A stretch of 64,000 nucleotides of DNA from a virus (lineage: Duplodnaviria > Caudoviricetes), in the IMG/VR virus record IMGVR_UViG_3300006133_000325, one strand, 5' to 3'. Position numbers and translations under genes: made by a program. Below are positions 8,337-18,404 of this stretch, in pieces. The stretch's first letter is position 1. Every line of letters starts with the position of its first letter. Under the pieces are notes generated by a model that saw nothing but the letters and a program-made list of their open reading frames with translations, had not been told where the DNA came from and searched no databases.

Positions 8337-11300
8337 TGAAGCTAGATTTCAGCATTTTAAAGCAAGTGGAGTATCCACAGGTTATCTTATGCCGCCGTTC
8401 CCATAAAAAAATAGGAGAACTCATTGGTGTACATGATTTGAAACTTGTTTTAAACTTAAATACTTGGCATGAGCTTTCCTTTTCTATTCCTTATAAATAC
8501 AATGGTCGTATCAATCCCTATTGGGATAAAATCCGAGATTTGGCAACTGTGTTTTTACCGCACTTTGGATATTTTTTAATTAAAGTATCTGAACAGGATG
8601 ATGGTTTCAATAAGGAAAAAAAGGTTACTGGCGCAAGCATGGAAATAGAATTAGGACAAGTGCTACTACATGGAGTACAAATCAACGTGGTAGATAGTGC
8701 TGGCGACATCGAAGAGGAGGATTATACACCCAAAAAATTCTATCAACCATTAGACCAAAAGAATAGCATTCTACATATTTTACTGAATGAAGTTCCACAT
8801 TGGTCTATTGGTCATGTAGACGAAAGCTTAGTGGACAAACAGAGAACATTTGATATTGATGGTACATCCATTTACGATGAATTGATGGGAGAAATTTCTG
8901 AACAATTCCATTGTATCTTCCAGTTTGACAGTTTCAATCGGCTGATTCATGTCTATGATCAGGATACCTTTGGTTCCGAAACTACTCTCTTCCTTTCCCA
9001 TGACAACTTTATCGACTACTTTACTATAGAGGCAAATGCAGACGAAATCAAAAACTGTTTTAAAGTATCTGGTGGCGCTGGTATCAATATCCAGGAAGTC
9101 AACCCAAACGGCTCTGCTTATATTTACGCTTGGGGAGCGCACGACCTAGATGATATGACACCAGAACTACGAGAAAAATTGTCTGCTTATGATGCCTTAT
9201 ACGACAGTCAAAAAGCAGCGTATGAAGCAATTATGCTCCAAATAGATAAAAAAATTGAAGAAATTCAAAAGATACTAACCAACGATTCCTCTAAAATTGA
9301 AACCGATCATTGGTCGGAGTATGGCTTAAATCCCCTAAAAGACCGTTTGAAATCTGCTCAAGACGAATTAGATGTCTGTAAAAAACAAGGTTGTGGAAAT
9401 ATAACCGATCCAAATTATTATGTTGTTTATCTCCCAACTTATCATAAAGTAGAAGCAATCAAAGCGGAAATCCAAGTGAGGCAAGCACAATTTAATACCA
9501 AACATACAGAATACGAAGCACTGATGGCGCAGAAAAGCGCAATACAGAAAATCTTAGACTTAGAGACTTTCCTAGGTACAGCATTGTGGAAAGAATTATC
9601 CTCTTACCGACGAGAGCAAACTTATGATAATGCTAACTTTGAAGTCACAAGTGATATGAGCGATATTGAGCGATTTGAACTAGAGCGAGAACTATACAAT
9701 CAAGCCTATGAAGAAATCCAGAAAATCAATCACCCGATCTATCAATTTTCTACAAAAATGGCAAACTTATATGCTATTTTTCAGGTACAGGAAAAACTCA
9801 TTGATAAATTTCAGCTTGGTAACTTTATCCGAGTAGGAAATCAGGAAGATGAGGTGCATAAAGTACGTTTCATCAAAGCCAGTATCAATTTTGAAAAACT
9901 GGAAGATATCAGCGTAGAATTCAGTGAAATGATGGGATTGAATGATAATGCTGCAGCCGCAAACCGCTTTATGGATAGTGTACGACAAGCGGCTACTTCT
10001 TACAGTTTTATTCGCAAACAGTTTGAACAAGATAAAGATGCTATGAGTTATGTGAAGGCAGTACGACTTGCTGGACTCTCTTCTGCCCTGGCAGATATCC
10101 ACAATGCGGATAATCAGGAATTCACAATCGGTTCCAGAGGATTGATTGGCAAGGAATGGAATGAGGAAAAGGGCGACTATGAACTAGAACAACTCCACGC
10201 GATTAACAATAAAATTGTCTTTACCGATGACGGGTGGAAGTCCTGTAAGCTAGCTATCGGAAAAGTCAATATCAATGGAGCAGATGTCTATGGGGTAATC
10301 GGGGACGTGATTGTAGGCAAGGTCATTATTGGCGAAAACCTGTATATCGGGAACAGCCAAAATACGATGGTATTTGACAAGGATGGGCTGAATATAACCA
10401 ATGGTGTCAATACTGTCAAAATCCAACCGAATACCAATAATGTATTTCAGATCTTAAAAGGAACTACACCTGTGATGTTTGCTGATGCAAACGGAAATCT
10501 TACGTTAACTTCTCGTATCATCACTGACTCTGGCTATATCGGTGGATGGACGATTGATAAAGACGGGCTACGCGGTAATGGTGTGATTAGCGGCGGAATG
10601 ATTATAGGTGCAAGCATACAGGGCGGAACCATTACAGGTGGCGCAATTAGCGGCGGGACGATTAATGGGGCAGAAATTACTTCTAGTGGTAATAGTGGTA
10701 ACACTTCTATAAGAGGAGGGGAATTTCAATCTGTTTTCGGCACTTCTATGACGAGTATTTCCGGTGGTAATATTTTGCAGACTGGAAAAGATGTTACGTT
10801 TAGTAATAGAAGTGAATATTCTGTATGGGAGGACGACAGATTATCTAGCGAAAAAAGCGAAATATATATTAAAAATGGAACTATTTTAATGCAAAGTACT
10901 TATAATGCTTATTTACGAGCTGCAATAGGAAATAGGAACTACTATAAACTAATTGGACTTTCTTCTTTAGGAAATATAGTAATCGGGCAAAAAGGAGGGA
11001 TGAATGGATATGTTGGAGCCGAAGACCCTCTTAAAAGAGGTGATTTAAGTCCAAAACCGATCTATATGTATTGTAGCGAATTTAGAGTAAATAAAAATGG
11101 AACTTCTTATATAAATATTGATGCTGGAAACACCAACCTGATCCATACAAAAGATATAACAGCTACTACTGGGAATGGAACAAATGGAGTTTATTTAAAT
11201 ATAGGAGGACAGTCTATTCCCACCGGAGATTGGGTTGCCAGCTATGTCTCTAACCATGCTGAAAAGAAAATATCATCCTTAGAATCCCAAGTTACAAGAT

Positions 11301-11359
11301 TAGAAAGCAGAATTGCCTCATTAGAATCTAGACCGCCTGTTATAATTCCATCTAACTAA
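8336..11359 (+). CDS. Tail-associated/baseplate hub protein (Tal-like)
   Basis: ATG overlaps the Dit stop (TGATG); hub-like N-terminus, coiled coil, Gly-rich IxGG repeats with GYIGGWTI. Confidence 0.75.
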   Translation: MKLDFSILKQVEYPQVILCRRSHKKIGELIGVHDLKLVLNLNTWHELSFSIPYKYNGRINPYWDKIRDLATVFLPHFGYFLIKVSEQDDGFNKEKKVTGASMEIELGQVLLHGVQINVVDSAGDIEEEDYTPKKFYQPLDQKNSILHILLNEVPHWSIGHVDESLVDKQRTFDIDGTSIYDELMGEISEQFHCIFQFDSFNRLIHVYDQDTFGSETTLFLSHDNFIDYFTIEANADEIKNCFKVSGGAGINIQEVNPNGSAYIYAWGAHDLDDMTPELREKLSAYDALYDSQKAAYEAIMLQIDKKIEEIQKILTNDSSKIETDHWSEYGLNPLKDRLKSAQDELDVCKKQGCGNITDPNYYVVYLPTYHKVEAIKAEIQVRQAQFNTKHTEYEALMAQKSAIQKILDLETFLGTALWKELSSYRREQTYDNANFEVTSDMSDIERFELERELYNQAYEEIQKINHPIYQFSTKMANLYAIFQVQEKLIDKFQLGNFIRVGNQEDEVHKVRFIKASINFEKLEDISVEFSEMMGLNDNAAAANRFMDSVRQAATSYSFIRKQFEQDKDAMSYVKAVRLAGLSSALADIHNADNQEFTIGSRGLIGKEWNEEKGDYELEQLHAINNKIVFTDDGWKSCKLAIGKVNINGADVYGVIGDVIVGKVIIGENLYIGNSQNTMVFDKDGLNITNGVNTVKIQPNTNNVFQILKGTTPVMFADANGNLTLTSRIITDSGYIGGWTIDKDGLRGNGVISGGMIIGASIQGGTITGGAISGGTINGAEITSSGNSGNTSIRGGEFQSVFGTSMTSISGGNILQTGKDVTFSNRSEYSVWEDDRLSSEKSEIYIKNGTILMQSTYNAYLRAAIGNRNYYKLIGLSSLGNIVIGQKGGMNGYVGAEDPLKRGDLSPKPIYMYCSEFRVNKNGTSYINIDAGNTNLIHTKDITATTGNGTNGVYLNIGGQSIPTGDWVASYVSNHAEKKISSLESQVTRLESRIASLESRPPVIIPSN

Positions 11360-11371
11360 TTTCCAGAATGT

Positions 11372-11408
11372 GCCACAAATCCCCTAACTTTAGCTAGAGG
11401 AGTATCAA
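11372..11408 (+). mobile_element. Degenerate IS200/IS605 end hairpin (miniature remnant)
   Basis: gccacaaatcccctaactttagctagaggagtatcaa resembles the AATCCC..CTTTAG..GG..TCA(A/C) ends of the IS at 15685-17395. Confidence 0.5.
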
Positions 11409-11514
11409 TGTTTGTATGATTTTCTAAAAAATATTGTTTTGAATACAAAAATGTGATATCATATAGTATAAGATATTTTAGAAGAACTCTCACTTTTTTA
11501 ATTGAGGTGAATCT

Positions 11515-12354
11515 ATGAAACAAAACACACCAAAACGCAAGATAAAGGACAGTGTATTCACTAATTTATTTCAGGAGAAAAAATACCTGCTCCAGTTATA
11601 CCAAGCACTTCATCCAGAGGATTCCCAGGTAACGGAGGAAGATATCGAAGATGTGACACTCAAACATGTTCTGGTAGATGCTGATTACAATGATTTAGGT
11701 TTTTCGGTTGGCAACCGGTTACTGATACTGGTGGAAAGCCAATCCACTTGGACGTTTAACATCATTATCCGTGCGCTGATGTATTTGATACAGACTTATC
11801 ATGATTATCTGAAGCGCACCAACCAAAACCTATACGGAAGCAAAAAGGTGAACCTGCCGAAACCGGAACTGTATGTGATTTATACCGGAAACAGGACACA
11901 TATCCCAGATACCCTATCCCTCCAGAAAGATTTTTTTGATGGGGAAAAGATTGCTTTGGAGGCAGAAGTAAAGGTATTGTACCAAGAAAATGAGGTGGAT
12001 ATCATTGGGCAGTATATTATGTTCTGCAAGGTATACCAAGAACAGAGAAAGCAGTACGGAAATACGAAACAAGCAGTGACAGAAACCATCCGTATCTGTA
12101 AAAACAGAGACGTGTTAAAGGAATATCTGGAAAGCAAGGAACAGGAGGTTGTGGATATGATGATGACATTGTTTGATGATGAACAAATTTTAAAGGCTTA
12201 TGCCAAGGATATTGAAGATACTGCGGCTAGAAAGACAGCAGAGAGATTGATTAAAATAGGAAAAATGTCATTAGAAGAAATCGCATCATGTGTTCCATCC
12301 TTATCCCTTGAGGAATTAAAGGAATTGGAATCTAACATTATGCAGTTAGCATAA
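11515..12354 (+). CDS. Rpn/YhgA-like PD-(D/E)xK nuclease moron
   Basis: KDSVFTNLF, NDLGF..LILVESQST, RALMY, PELYVIYTG; C-terminal MSLEEIA HTH-like; promoter TTGTTT-17-TATCAT at 11434-11462. Confidence 0.75.
   Translation: MKQNTPKRKIKDSVFTNLFQEKKYLLQLYQALHPEDSQVTEEDIEDVTLKHVLVDADYNDLGFSVGNRLLILVESQSTWTFNIIIRALMYLIQTYHDYLKRTNQNLYGSKKVNLPKPELYVIYTGNRTHIPDTLSLQKDFFDGEKIALEAEVKVLYQENEVDIIGQYIMFCKVYQEQRKQYGNTKQAVTETIRICKNRDVLKEYLESKEQEVVDMMMTLFDDEQILKAYAKDIEDTAARKTAERLIKIGKMSLEEIASCVPSLSLEELKELESNIMQLA
12157..12354 (+). CDS. Putative in-frame intragenic antitoxin (RpnS-like, 65 aa)
   Basis: Strong internal SD AGGAGGT (12143-12149) 7 nt before in-frame ATG ATG ATG. Confidence 0.65.
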   Translation: MMMTLFDDEQILKAYAKDIEDTAARKTAERLIKIGKMSLEEIASCVPSLSLEELKELESNIMQLA

Positions 12355-12374
12355 ACCAATAAGTATTACCATCC

Positions 12375-12415
12375 AAAAAGCAAGTAATTAGAAAAGTCTA
12401 GTTGCTTGCTTTTTT
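12375..12415 (+). terminator. Intrinsic terminator of the Rpn moron
   Basis: AAAAAGCAAGTAATTAGA-aaag-TCTAGTTGCTTGCTTTTTT. Confidence 0.8.
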
Positions 12416-12440
12416 ATATTGTTTTTTTAAGGAGAAAAGA

Positions 12441-12653
12441 ATGAATCAATCAAACTTAGGTAACACAGAAAATGTAAAAGAAATTGAAATTTATGTTTAT
12501 GATAAAAAGGTTATCAATACTGTTATATCCATGCTCAAAAAAGTAAAAATAGAAGGCTTTGAGCAGGCACAATTATTAAGTGAACTTGGAAGGCTTATCT
12601 GTTGTCCTATCAAAGAAGATACTTTACTCTGTGATTTAGAAGAATACGAATAA
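12441..12653 (+). CDS. Small hypothetical tail-region protein
   Basis: AAGGAG RBS before ATG 12441. Confidence 0.6.
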   Translation: MNQSNLGNTENVKEIEIYVYDKKVINTVISMLKKVKIEGFEQAQLLSELGRLICCPIKEDTLLCDLEEYE

Positions 12654-12675
12654 GCTTTCTACTTTCAAAGGAAAG

Positions 12676-14337
12676 GTGGTGAAAGTTGTTTTGCCAGAAT
12701 TACAAAAAATAAATACTGATGTATTTATCAATTTAAGAGATCGGACAGAAAACATTATTATTTCTGCCAACCGCGGCGACGCACATTCTCGTACAATTCG
12801 TTTTAATTTTATTTATGAGGATGAGTTATATGAAATACCAGAAGGAATTATTGCTAGATTTATGGGAACAAGACCAGATGGGTGTGCAATTATAGAAGAA
12901 GAACCTTGTATAATCGAAGGGAATCAAGTTCTTTATGAAATGACACCTTATATCCTAAATATTTCTGGTGACGTGAGAGCAAAAATAGAATTACGCAATG
13001 AAGAAACCGAGCAGATTTTAACAACGGTTGCTTTCACTATTCATATTCCAAAAGATCCATTTGATGAAAATGCTATTATTAAAACAGATGAGTTTTCTAT
13101 CTTAAATGCTCTGATTGAAAAAGTTGAGGAAGCATTAGAAAATGTAGACGAGGCACTGGTTCAAGTAGAAGATAAAATTCAGGAAGCCGATGAAGCTATC
13201 CAGGAAATCCATACTACAAATGAGCAAATGAAGGAAGTCATAACAGAAGCAAATACCGTTATCGACAGTATGAACGATAAACTACAAGAAGCTGACACTG
13301 TTATTGATGAAATGGGCGAAAAACTCATAGAAGCAGATAACAAAATAGCGGAACTAGATGACCTACATGATGATATTAATGTTGCAATTAAAAATGCGGA
13401 AACTGCTACTACTGCTGCTAATAAAGCTACCGAAGACAGTAATGCTGCAGCAGAACGAGCAGACGATGCTGCCCAAAGAGCAAATGCTGCCGCTAAAGCC
13501 GCTGAAGATATCGTTACAAATGGCATTCCTGTTGCAACTACTACTATTCTTGGCGGAGTAAAAGCGAGTGAGCAAATTCATGTAGCAGAAGATGGCACTA
13601 TGAGTATCCTTTCTGTTCCAAAAGAAGCTCTTCCAGAGGACATTGGAAAAGGTGGATTAGAACAGTATGCTCTCTTCTCTTCTCTCCCATCTCAAGGGAA
13701 TGAATCTATTTTATATATCGTAACCGGGGATTCCGATGATAAAAATGGAATGTATTATTGGAACATTGCTACTTCTTCTTATCAGCAAATAGAAGCTGGC
13801 AGCGCTGGCTCTATTGTTGTGGATATTACATGGGAGGCATATCAAGCTATACCAGAAGATGAAAAAAACAATGGGGTTATTTATAACATTATAGACGAAA
13901 ACGAAACCGATATTGAAAACGTTAGCAATTCCGTTGTAAGGGATATTACTTTTGCTGAATACCAAGCATTATCAGACGAAGAAAAGAAAAACGGTACTAT
14001 CTATAATATTGTAGATGAAGATGAGAACAATACTTATAGGAGTGACCAGAAATTACCTCTTTCTTTATCTGTAGAGAAGTGGACAGAAGAAAATAGAGAA
14101 GAAATGAGGGAAATTGGTATCGCCTTTTGTAATAGCTATTCCACAAACATTGCATATTCTAATATCTCCTATGTAACAGCAATCGTTGAAATAACTAGTC
14201 GCATTGCTGCACAAACGTCTGGTATGCTAGATATATTGGAATACGAGGAAGGGGAGAATGGTTTTCTAATAATTAAATTTTTTGCAGAAAAGATACCAAC
14301 AACAGAAATACAGGTGTGTGTATTTATTCATTATTAA
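12676..14337 (+). CDS. BppU-like baseplate upper protein / tail fibre
   Basis: ANRGDAHSRTIRF N-domain, long coiled coil, PVATTTILGGVK motif, tandem DITxxxYQAxxxxEKxNGxIYNI repeats. Confidence 0.75.
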   Translation: MVKVVLPELQKINTDVFINLRDRTENIIISANRGDAHSRTIRFNFIYEDELYEIPEGIIARFMGTRPDGCAIIEEEPCIIEGNQVLYEMTPYILNISGDVRAKIELRNEETEQILTTVAFTIHIPKDPFDENAIIKTDEFSILNALIEKVEEALENVDEALVQVEDKIQEADEAIQEIHTTNEQMKEVITEANTVIDSMNDKLQEADTVIDEMGEKLIEADNKIAELDDLHDDINVAIKNAETATTAANKATEDSNAAAERADDAAQRANAAAKAAEDIVTNGIPVATTTILGGVKASEQIHVAEDGTMSILSVPKEALPEDIGKGGLEQYALFSSLPSQGNESILYIVTGDSDDKNGMYYWNIATSSYQQIEAGSAGSIVVDITWEAYQAIPEDEKNNGVIYNIIDENETDIENVSNSVVRDITFAEYQALSDEEKKNGTIYNIVDEDENNTYRSDQKLPLSLSVEKWTEENREEMREIGIAFCNSYSTNIAYSNISYVTAIVEITSRIAAQTSGMLDILEYEEGENGFLIIKFFAEKIPTTEIQVCVFIHY

Positions 14338-14353
14338 CAGGGGAGGTGTTGCA

Positions 14354-14833
14354 ATGCCAATTGGTAATATATCTGGAATCTGTCACACAGAAAAAAATGT
14401 CTTATCTAAACCTTCTCCAGAATTTCGTTATGACTCTAAAACTGGTTATCTCCTTATAAAAGAACAGAATATTAATGAAACAAACTCAATATCCGAAGTA
14501 GACAGCAATGAAGCATGGAAACCGCTAGGAAAGATCGGAATTACTTATCAAGGAGAATATAATTTAAGTCTTACCTATGAGCAATCAACCATTATCCGCT
14601 ATGCAGACGCTTCCTGGATATCAGTACAGGATGTTCCTGCACATAATGAACCAAGTGAGGATAGTGATTATTGGCAACTACTATCTAAGGATGGAACTAT
14701 CCTAACTTCTGGAGATAATATTTCTATTACAGAAAACGAAACGGGAACTCATACCATATCTGCAAATATAGGAACGAAAATTATGGTACAAGAAGAAGAG
14801 CCAGAGGATAAAACTGTTTTGTGGGGCTGGTAA
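14354..14833 (+). CDS. Tail-associated protein with a carbohydrate-binding-like module
   Basis: GGAGGTG RBS; YQGEY..Y..IIRY..SWIS..P..YWQLL pattern. Confidence 0.55.
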   Translation: MPIGNISGICHTEKNVLSKPSPEFRYDSKTGYLLIKEQNINETNSISEVDSNEAWKPLGKIGITYQGEYNLSLTYEQSTIIRYADASWISVQDVPAHNEPSEDSDYWQLLSKDGTILTSGDNISITENETGTHTISANIGTKIMVQEEEPEDKTVLWGW

Positions 14834-14866
14834 TAAAATAGAACTGTTTCACTAGGAGGTTGCATA

Positions 14867-15538
14867 ATGGCAATAAATCGCTGGGATACTGCAAATAATA
14901 TATACAAAGATTTACAAACTATAAGAAAATATGATTGTGACACGAATAATTGGATAGAACTTAATAAGGTAAAGGCACAAAAGAATGGACAATGGACGGA
15001 CTTGTGGAGTCAAAAACCAAAACCACTCTATTTATATAATGAAGGAGATGAATGTACTAACATTACTGGAGGGTGGAAAAAGACATGGTTAATACAAAAT
15101 TTGCCCCAAACAGGGGATTATTATATAAAAAGAAGTAATTATTTACAATGCTCCGATCCTAGTTCTAGTGAATTTTGTTTATGGCTATGGTTTCCATCTG
15201 TAATGATTGATTTTAGTAAATATTCTAAAATAAAATTTGAAATATCTCTACATGATGTATATTCTAATCCAGGCAGAGCAGGTTTAATGCTTCATCTATT
15301 TTCTAACCTACTATCCACTAGTAAAGCCCCCTTCCCACACGTTGATGGTACACCATCTCCTTCTAGGCTTGGACAATATGGCATTGTTTATCTTTCAACT
15401 GGAGAAAGCGTATCAAGGCAAATTTATTCGGTCAATATTTCTAATATTGGGCTGGTATGTCCTGCCGTTGGATTGGATGTATCTTATTGGCAAGATGGAA
15501 CAGGTACATGTGAAATATATAAAATTTGGCTAGAATAA
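14867..15538 (+). CDS. Putative receptor-binding/tail fibre tip protein
   Basis: AGGAGG RBS; LYLYNEGDECTNITGGW and IDFSKYSKI..IYKIWLE; AT-rich. Confidence 0.55.
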   Translation: MAINRWDTANNIYKDLQTIRKYDCDTNNWIELNKVKAQKNGQWTDLWSQKPKPLYLYNEGDECTNITGGWKKTWLIQNLPQTGDYYIKRSNYLQCSDPSSSEFCLWLWFPSVMIDFSKYSKIKFEISLHDVYSNPGRAGLMLHLFSNLLSTSKAPFPHVDGTPSPSRLGQYGIVYLSTGESVSRQIYSVNISNIGLVCPAVGLDVSYWQDGTGTCEIYKIWLE

Positions 15539-15565
15539 TTATTATTAGACAACGTTAAAGAGAAA

Positions 15566-15601
15566 AATGACAGATATTTCTCATATAGAATATCTGTCAT
15601 T
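15566..15601. terminator. 13-bp inverted repeat
   Basis: AATGACAGATATT-10 nt-AATATCTGTCATT. Confidence 0.55.
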
Positions 15602-15763
15602 CGTAGGCTTTGGCTTGAAACACTTATACCTCATGTAAATATTATAATATATATGTCTAAATTTGTCAAATACTATTTTTTGAAATAAGGCTACCGCAAT
15701 CCCACTGGCTTTAGACGGTGGGTTAAGGTAGCCAAAAGTGGCGGTTTGTGTTATACTTGCGTC

Positions 15764-16168
15764 ATGGGAACATGGAAATCAAAAAACAGGCACAAATATT
15801 TGTTACAGTATCATATTATTTTTGTATGTAAATACAGAAAGAAGCTGTTTGCATCAGAACATATATCGGATGATATAAAACAGCTTTCGTACGAGATATG
15901 CCAGAAACATCATGTGATTATCAGATATATGGAAACTGACAAAGACCATATCCATTACATGATAGAAACAGAACCGACAATGTCTGTCAGTAAAATAGTA
16001 AATCTGATGAAGAGTTACACGACATACCATATATGGAAAAAGTATCAAAACTATCTGCGAAAGCATTTTTGGAAGGAGCGCACATTCTGGACGGATGGAT
16101 ATTTTGCGTGTAGCGTTGGAAATGTTTCGGAAGAAATGCTTAAAAAATATATAGAAAACCAGGGATAG
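15764..16168 (+). CDS. tnpA: Y1 HUH transposase TnpA
   Basis: YHIIFVCKYRK, DHIH (HUH), FWTDGYF, YIENQ. Confidence 0.95.
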   Translation: MGTWKSKNRHKYLLQYHIIFVCKYRKKLFASEHISDDIKQLSYEICQKHHVIIRYMETDKDHIHYMIETEPTMSVSKIVNLMKSYTTYHIWKKYQNYLRKHFWKERTFWTDGYFACSVGNVSEEMLKKYIENQG

Positions 16169-16184
16169 GGGGAGACGGCAGCAA

Positions 16185-17288
16185 ATGTTAAAAGCGTACA
16201 AATATAGGATATATCCAAATAATGAGCAGAAAGTGCAGATTGCAAAAACATTTGGCTGCTGCCGTTTTGTCTATAACCAGACTTTAGCACATAGGAAAAA
16301 TGCTTATGAAAAAGAAAAGAAATCTGTCAGCAGAACAGACTGTAATAATTATTGTAACAGAGAGTTAAAGAAGGAATATGAGTGGCTGAAGGAAGTGGAC
16401 AAATTCGCCCTTACAAATGCCATTTATAACATGGATGCGGCATTTCAGAAGTTTTTTAGGGAACATACAGGATATCCGAAATTCAAAAGTAAGCATGATA
16501 ACCATAAGTCTTATACTACAAATTTCACAAATGGGAATATTGCTGCAGATTTTGAGGACGGGAAGATAAAACTGCCAAAGTTAAAGCAGGTAAAGGCAAA
16601 ATTCCACAGGGAATTTGATGGACAGATAAAATCAGCCACAATTTCCCAGGTACCAAGTGGAAAATATTATGTGTCAATACTTGTGGAAACAGAACATGGA
16701 GAACTACCGCAAACAGGCAAAAATATAGGTTTAGATTTAGGCATAAAAGATTTATGCATTACGTCAGAGGGGAAGAAATACGAAAATCCAAAGACAATAA
16801 AAAAATATGAGAAAAAACTGGCAAAACTGCAAAGACAGCTTGCACATAAAGAGAAAAGAAGCAGAAATTATTATAAACAGAAAAGGAAAATCGCACGTTG
16901 CCATGAGAAAATTACAAATACCAGAAAAGATTATCTGCATAAAGTTTCCCATAAGATTATCAGCGAAAACCAAGTGATAGTTTCGGAAAACCTGCAGATA
17001 AAAAATATGGTAAAAAACCATCAACTGGCAAAAACAATATCAGATGTGTCGTGGTACGAATTAACAAGACAGTTAGGGTATAAGGCAGAATGGAATGGGA
17101 GACAGTACATAAAAATAGATACATTCTATGCAAGCAGCCAGATATGCTCAGCCTGTGGGTATCAGAATACAGACATAAAAGATTTATCCGTAAGGGAATG
17201 GATATGCCCAAAGTGCAGAGCGAAACATGATAGAGACATCAATGCTGCAAAGAATATATTGGCGGAAGGATTACGGCAGATAGCATAG
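16185..17288 (+). CDS. tnpB: RNA-guided endonuclease TnpB, catalytic residues intact
   Basis: KAYKYRIYP N-terminus, GLDLG (D), SENL (E), CSACG/CPKC zinc finger, DRDINAA (D). Confidence 0.95.
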   Translation: MLKAYKYRIYPNNEQKVQIAKTFGCCRFVYNQTLAHRKNAYEKEKKSVSRTDCNNYCNRELKKEYEWLKEVDKFALTNAIYNMDAAFQKFFREHTGYPKFKSKHDNHKSYTTNFTNGNIAADFEDGKIKLPKLKQVKAKFHREFDGQIKSATISQVPSGKYYVSILVETEHGELPQTGKNIGLDLGIKDLCITSEGKKYENPKTIKKYEKKLAKLQRQLAHKEKRSRNYYKQKRKIARCHEKITNTRKDYLHKVSHKIISENQVIVSENLQIKNMVKNHQLAKTISDVSWYELTRQLGYKAEWNGRQYIKIDTFYASSQICSACGYQNTDIKDLSVREWICPKCRAKHDRDINAAKNILAEGLRQIA

Positions 17289-17415
17289 GATAATAAAATA
17301 GGGATGGTGCAGCCCGAATTTACGCCTGTGGAGATAGTAGGTTACGAGGTCGATGAAGCAGGAAGCCCATTGGCTTTAGACAATGGGTAGTTCACATAAG
17401 GATACCATAATCCCA
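17289..17415 (+). ncRNA. TnpB omega-RNA 3' part plus flanking guide (5' boundary uncertain)
   Basis: Structured right end after tnpB ending TTCAC; guide would be the next ~16-20 nt, ataaggataccataat. Confidence 0.65.
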
Positions 17416-17441
17416 TTGCCTTTAGACAGTGGATAGTTCAC
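17396..17441 (+). mobile_element. 46-bp miniature IS605 derivative (left-end start fused to right-end tip)
   Basis: ataaggataccataatcccattgcctttagacagtggatagttcac. Confidence 0.75.
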
Positions 17442-17579
17442 CTATTTAGAAAGAAGGAAGGAAATATAATATGAATACTGTCATAGACAACCAAATTGTA
17501 GATTGGCAAGATAGCACCAATATTAAACTCGCTACATCTATCAAGATAAATATTGTCACCATGAGAAAGGGGAATAAAA

Positions 17580-18221
17580 ATGGCAATACATAAAATACCA
17601 CTTACTGGACAAACTTCTAGTATTGTTGTGGATGAAGAATTGAGCAGTACCAGTAAAAATCCGGTACAGAATAAAATAATTACTACAAGATTCAATGAGC
17701 AAAATAATCTCATAGAAGAAAATTTTAACACTTATACTACTGCTATGTCTAGTTTGGCGGATGGGAGTATGGTTGTTGGAAAAGCTAGAGATAGTAATAC
17801 TGTTGGCGAGAAAACGATTGGTGATATTTTAAAGAATGCAAAATTACCAAATCCGACGACGGAATATACAAATTTATTTGCTGCTATTTTTCCACCCAAC
17901 TCTGTTTATAAAACATCATATGGTCTTTTAGATATTTTCTATGCGTATACCTCACCAATAAAAGATATTGAAGATGGTGAAGATATATTTTTCCTAGAAG
18001 ACTATACTACAACTTATGTAAGATTAGTTGGCTATTGTTATACATTTGATAAAAGATTCAAGGCAAACGTGATAGGTATAACAAATGGAATTACAAGTGG
18101 TAATAACCAATCCAAAAAAATGAAATTCCTTTATTTCGGCAAAGATAATGAAACAATACTAAAAGATACTGCGCTAATGATGATAGCAATAGGGATAAGA
18201 AAAGAAGAACAAGAGATTTAA
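17580..18221 (+). CDS. Tail fibre-related protein
   Basis: VDEELSSTSKNPVQNKII fibre motif; tail-module context. Confidence 0.6.
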   Translation: MAIHKIPLTGQTSSIVVDEELSSTSKNPVQNKIITTRFNEQNNLIEENFNTYTTAMSSLADGSMVVGKARDSNTVGEKTIGDILKNAKLPNPTTEYTNLFAAIFPPNSVYKTSYGLLDIFYAYTSPIKDIEDGEDIFFLEDYTTTYVRLVGYCYTFDKRFKANVIGITNGITSGNNQSKKMKFLYFGKDNETILKDTALMMIAIGIRKEEQEI

Positions 18222-18404
18222 AATGTTATTAGTGTTACCTATTAAAAAATAGCTATGAAGCATATTAAAACATAACATTATTAGTATAATACCAAAATTA
18301 TAGAAACACTTTGCTGAAGATAACAAATATATATTATAACTATTTTTTTTGTTGTAATAATCAATCTATAAACCATTCAATTTTGAAAGAAAGGACGGTG
18401 GCGC

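Larger units (their letters stand above)
15685..17395 (+). mobile_element. IS200/IS605-family element (tnpA + tnpB)
   Basis: Left end ataaggctaccgcaatcccactggctttagacggtggg after putative TAM TTGAA; right end gaagcccattggctttagacaatgggtagttcac. Confidence 0.9.
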
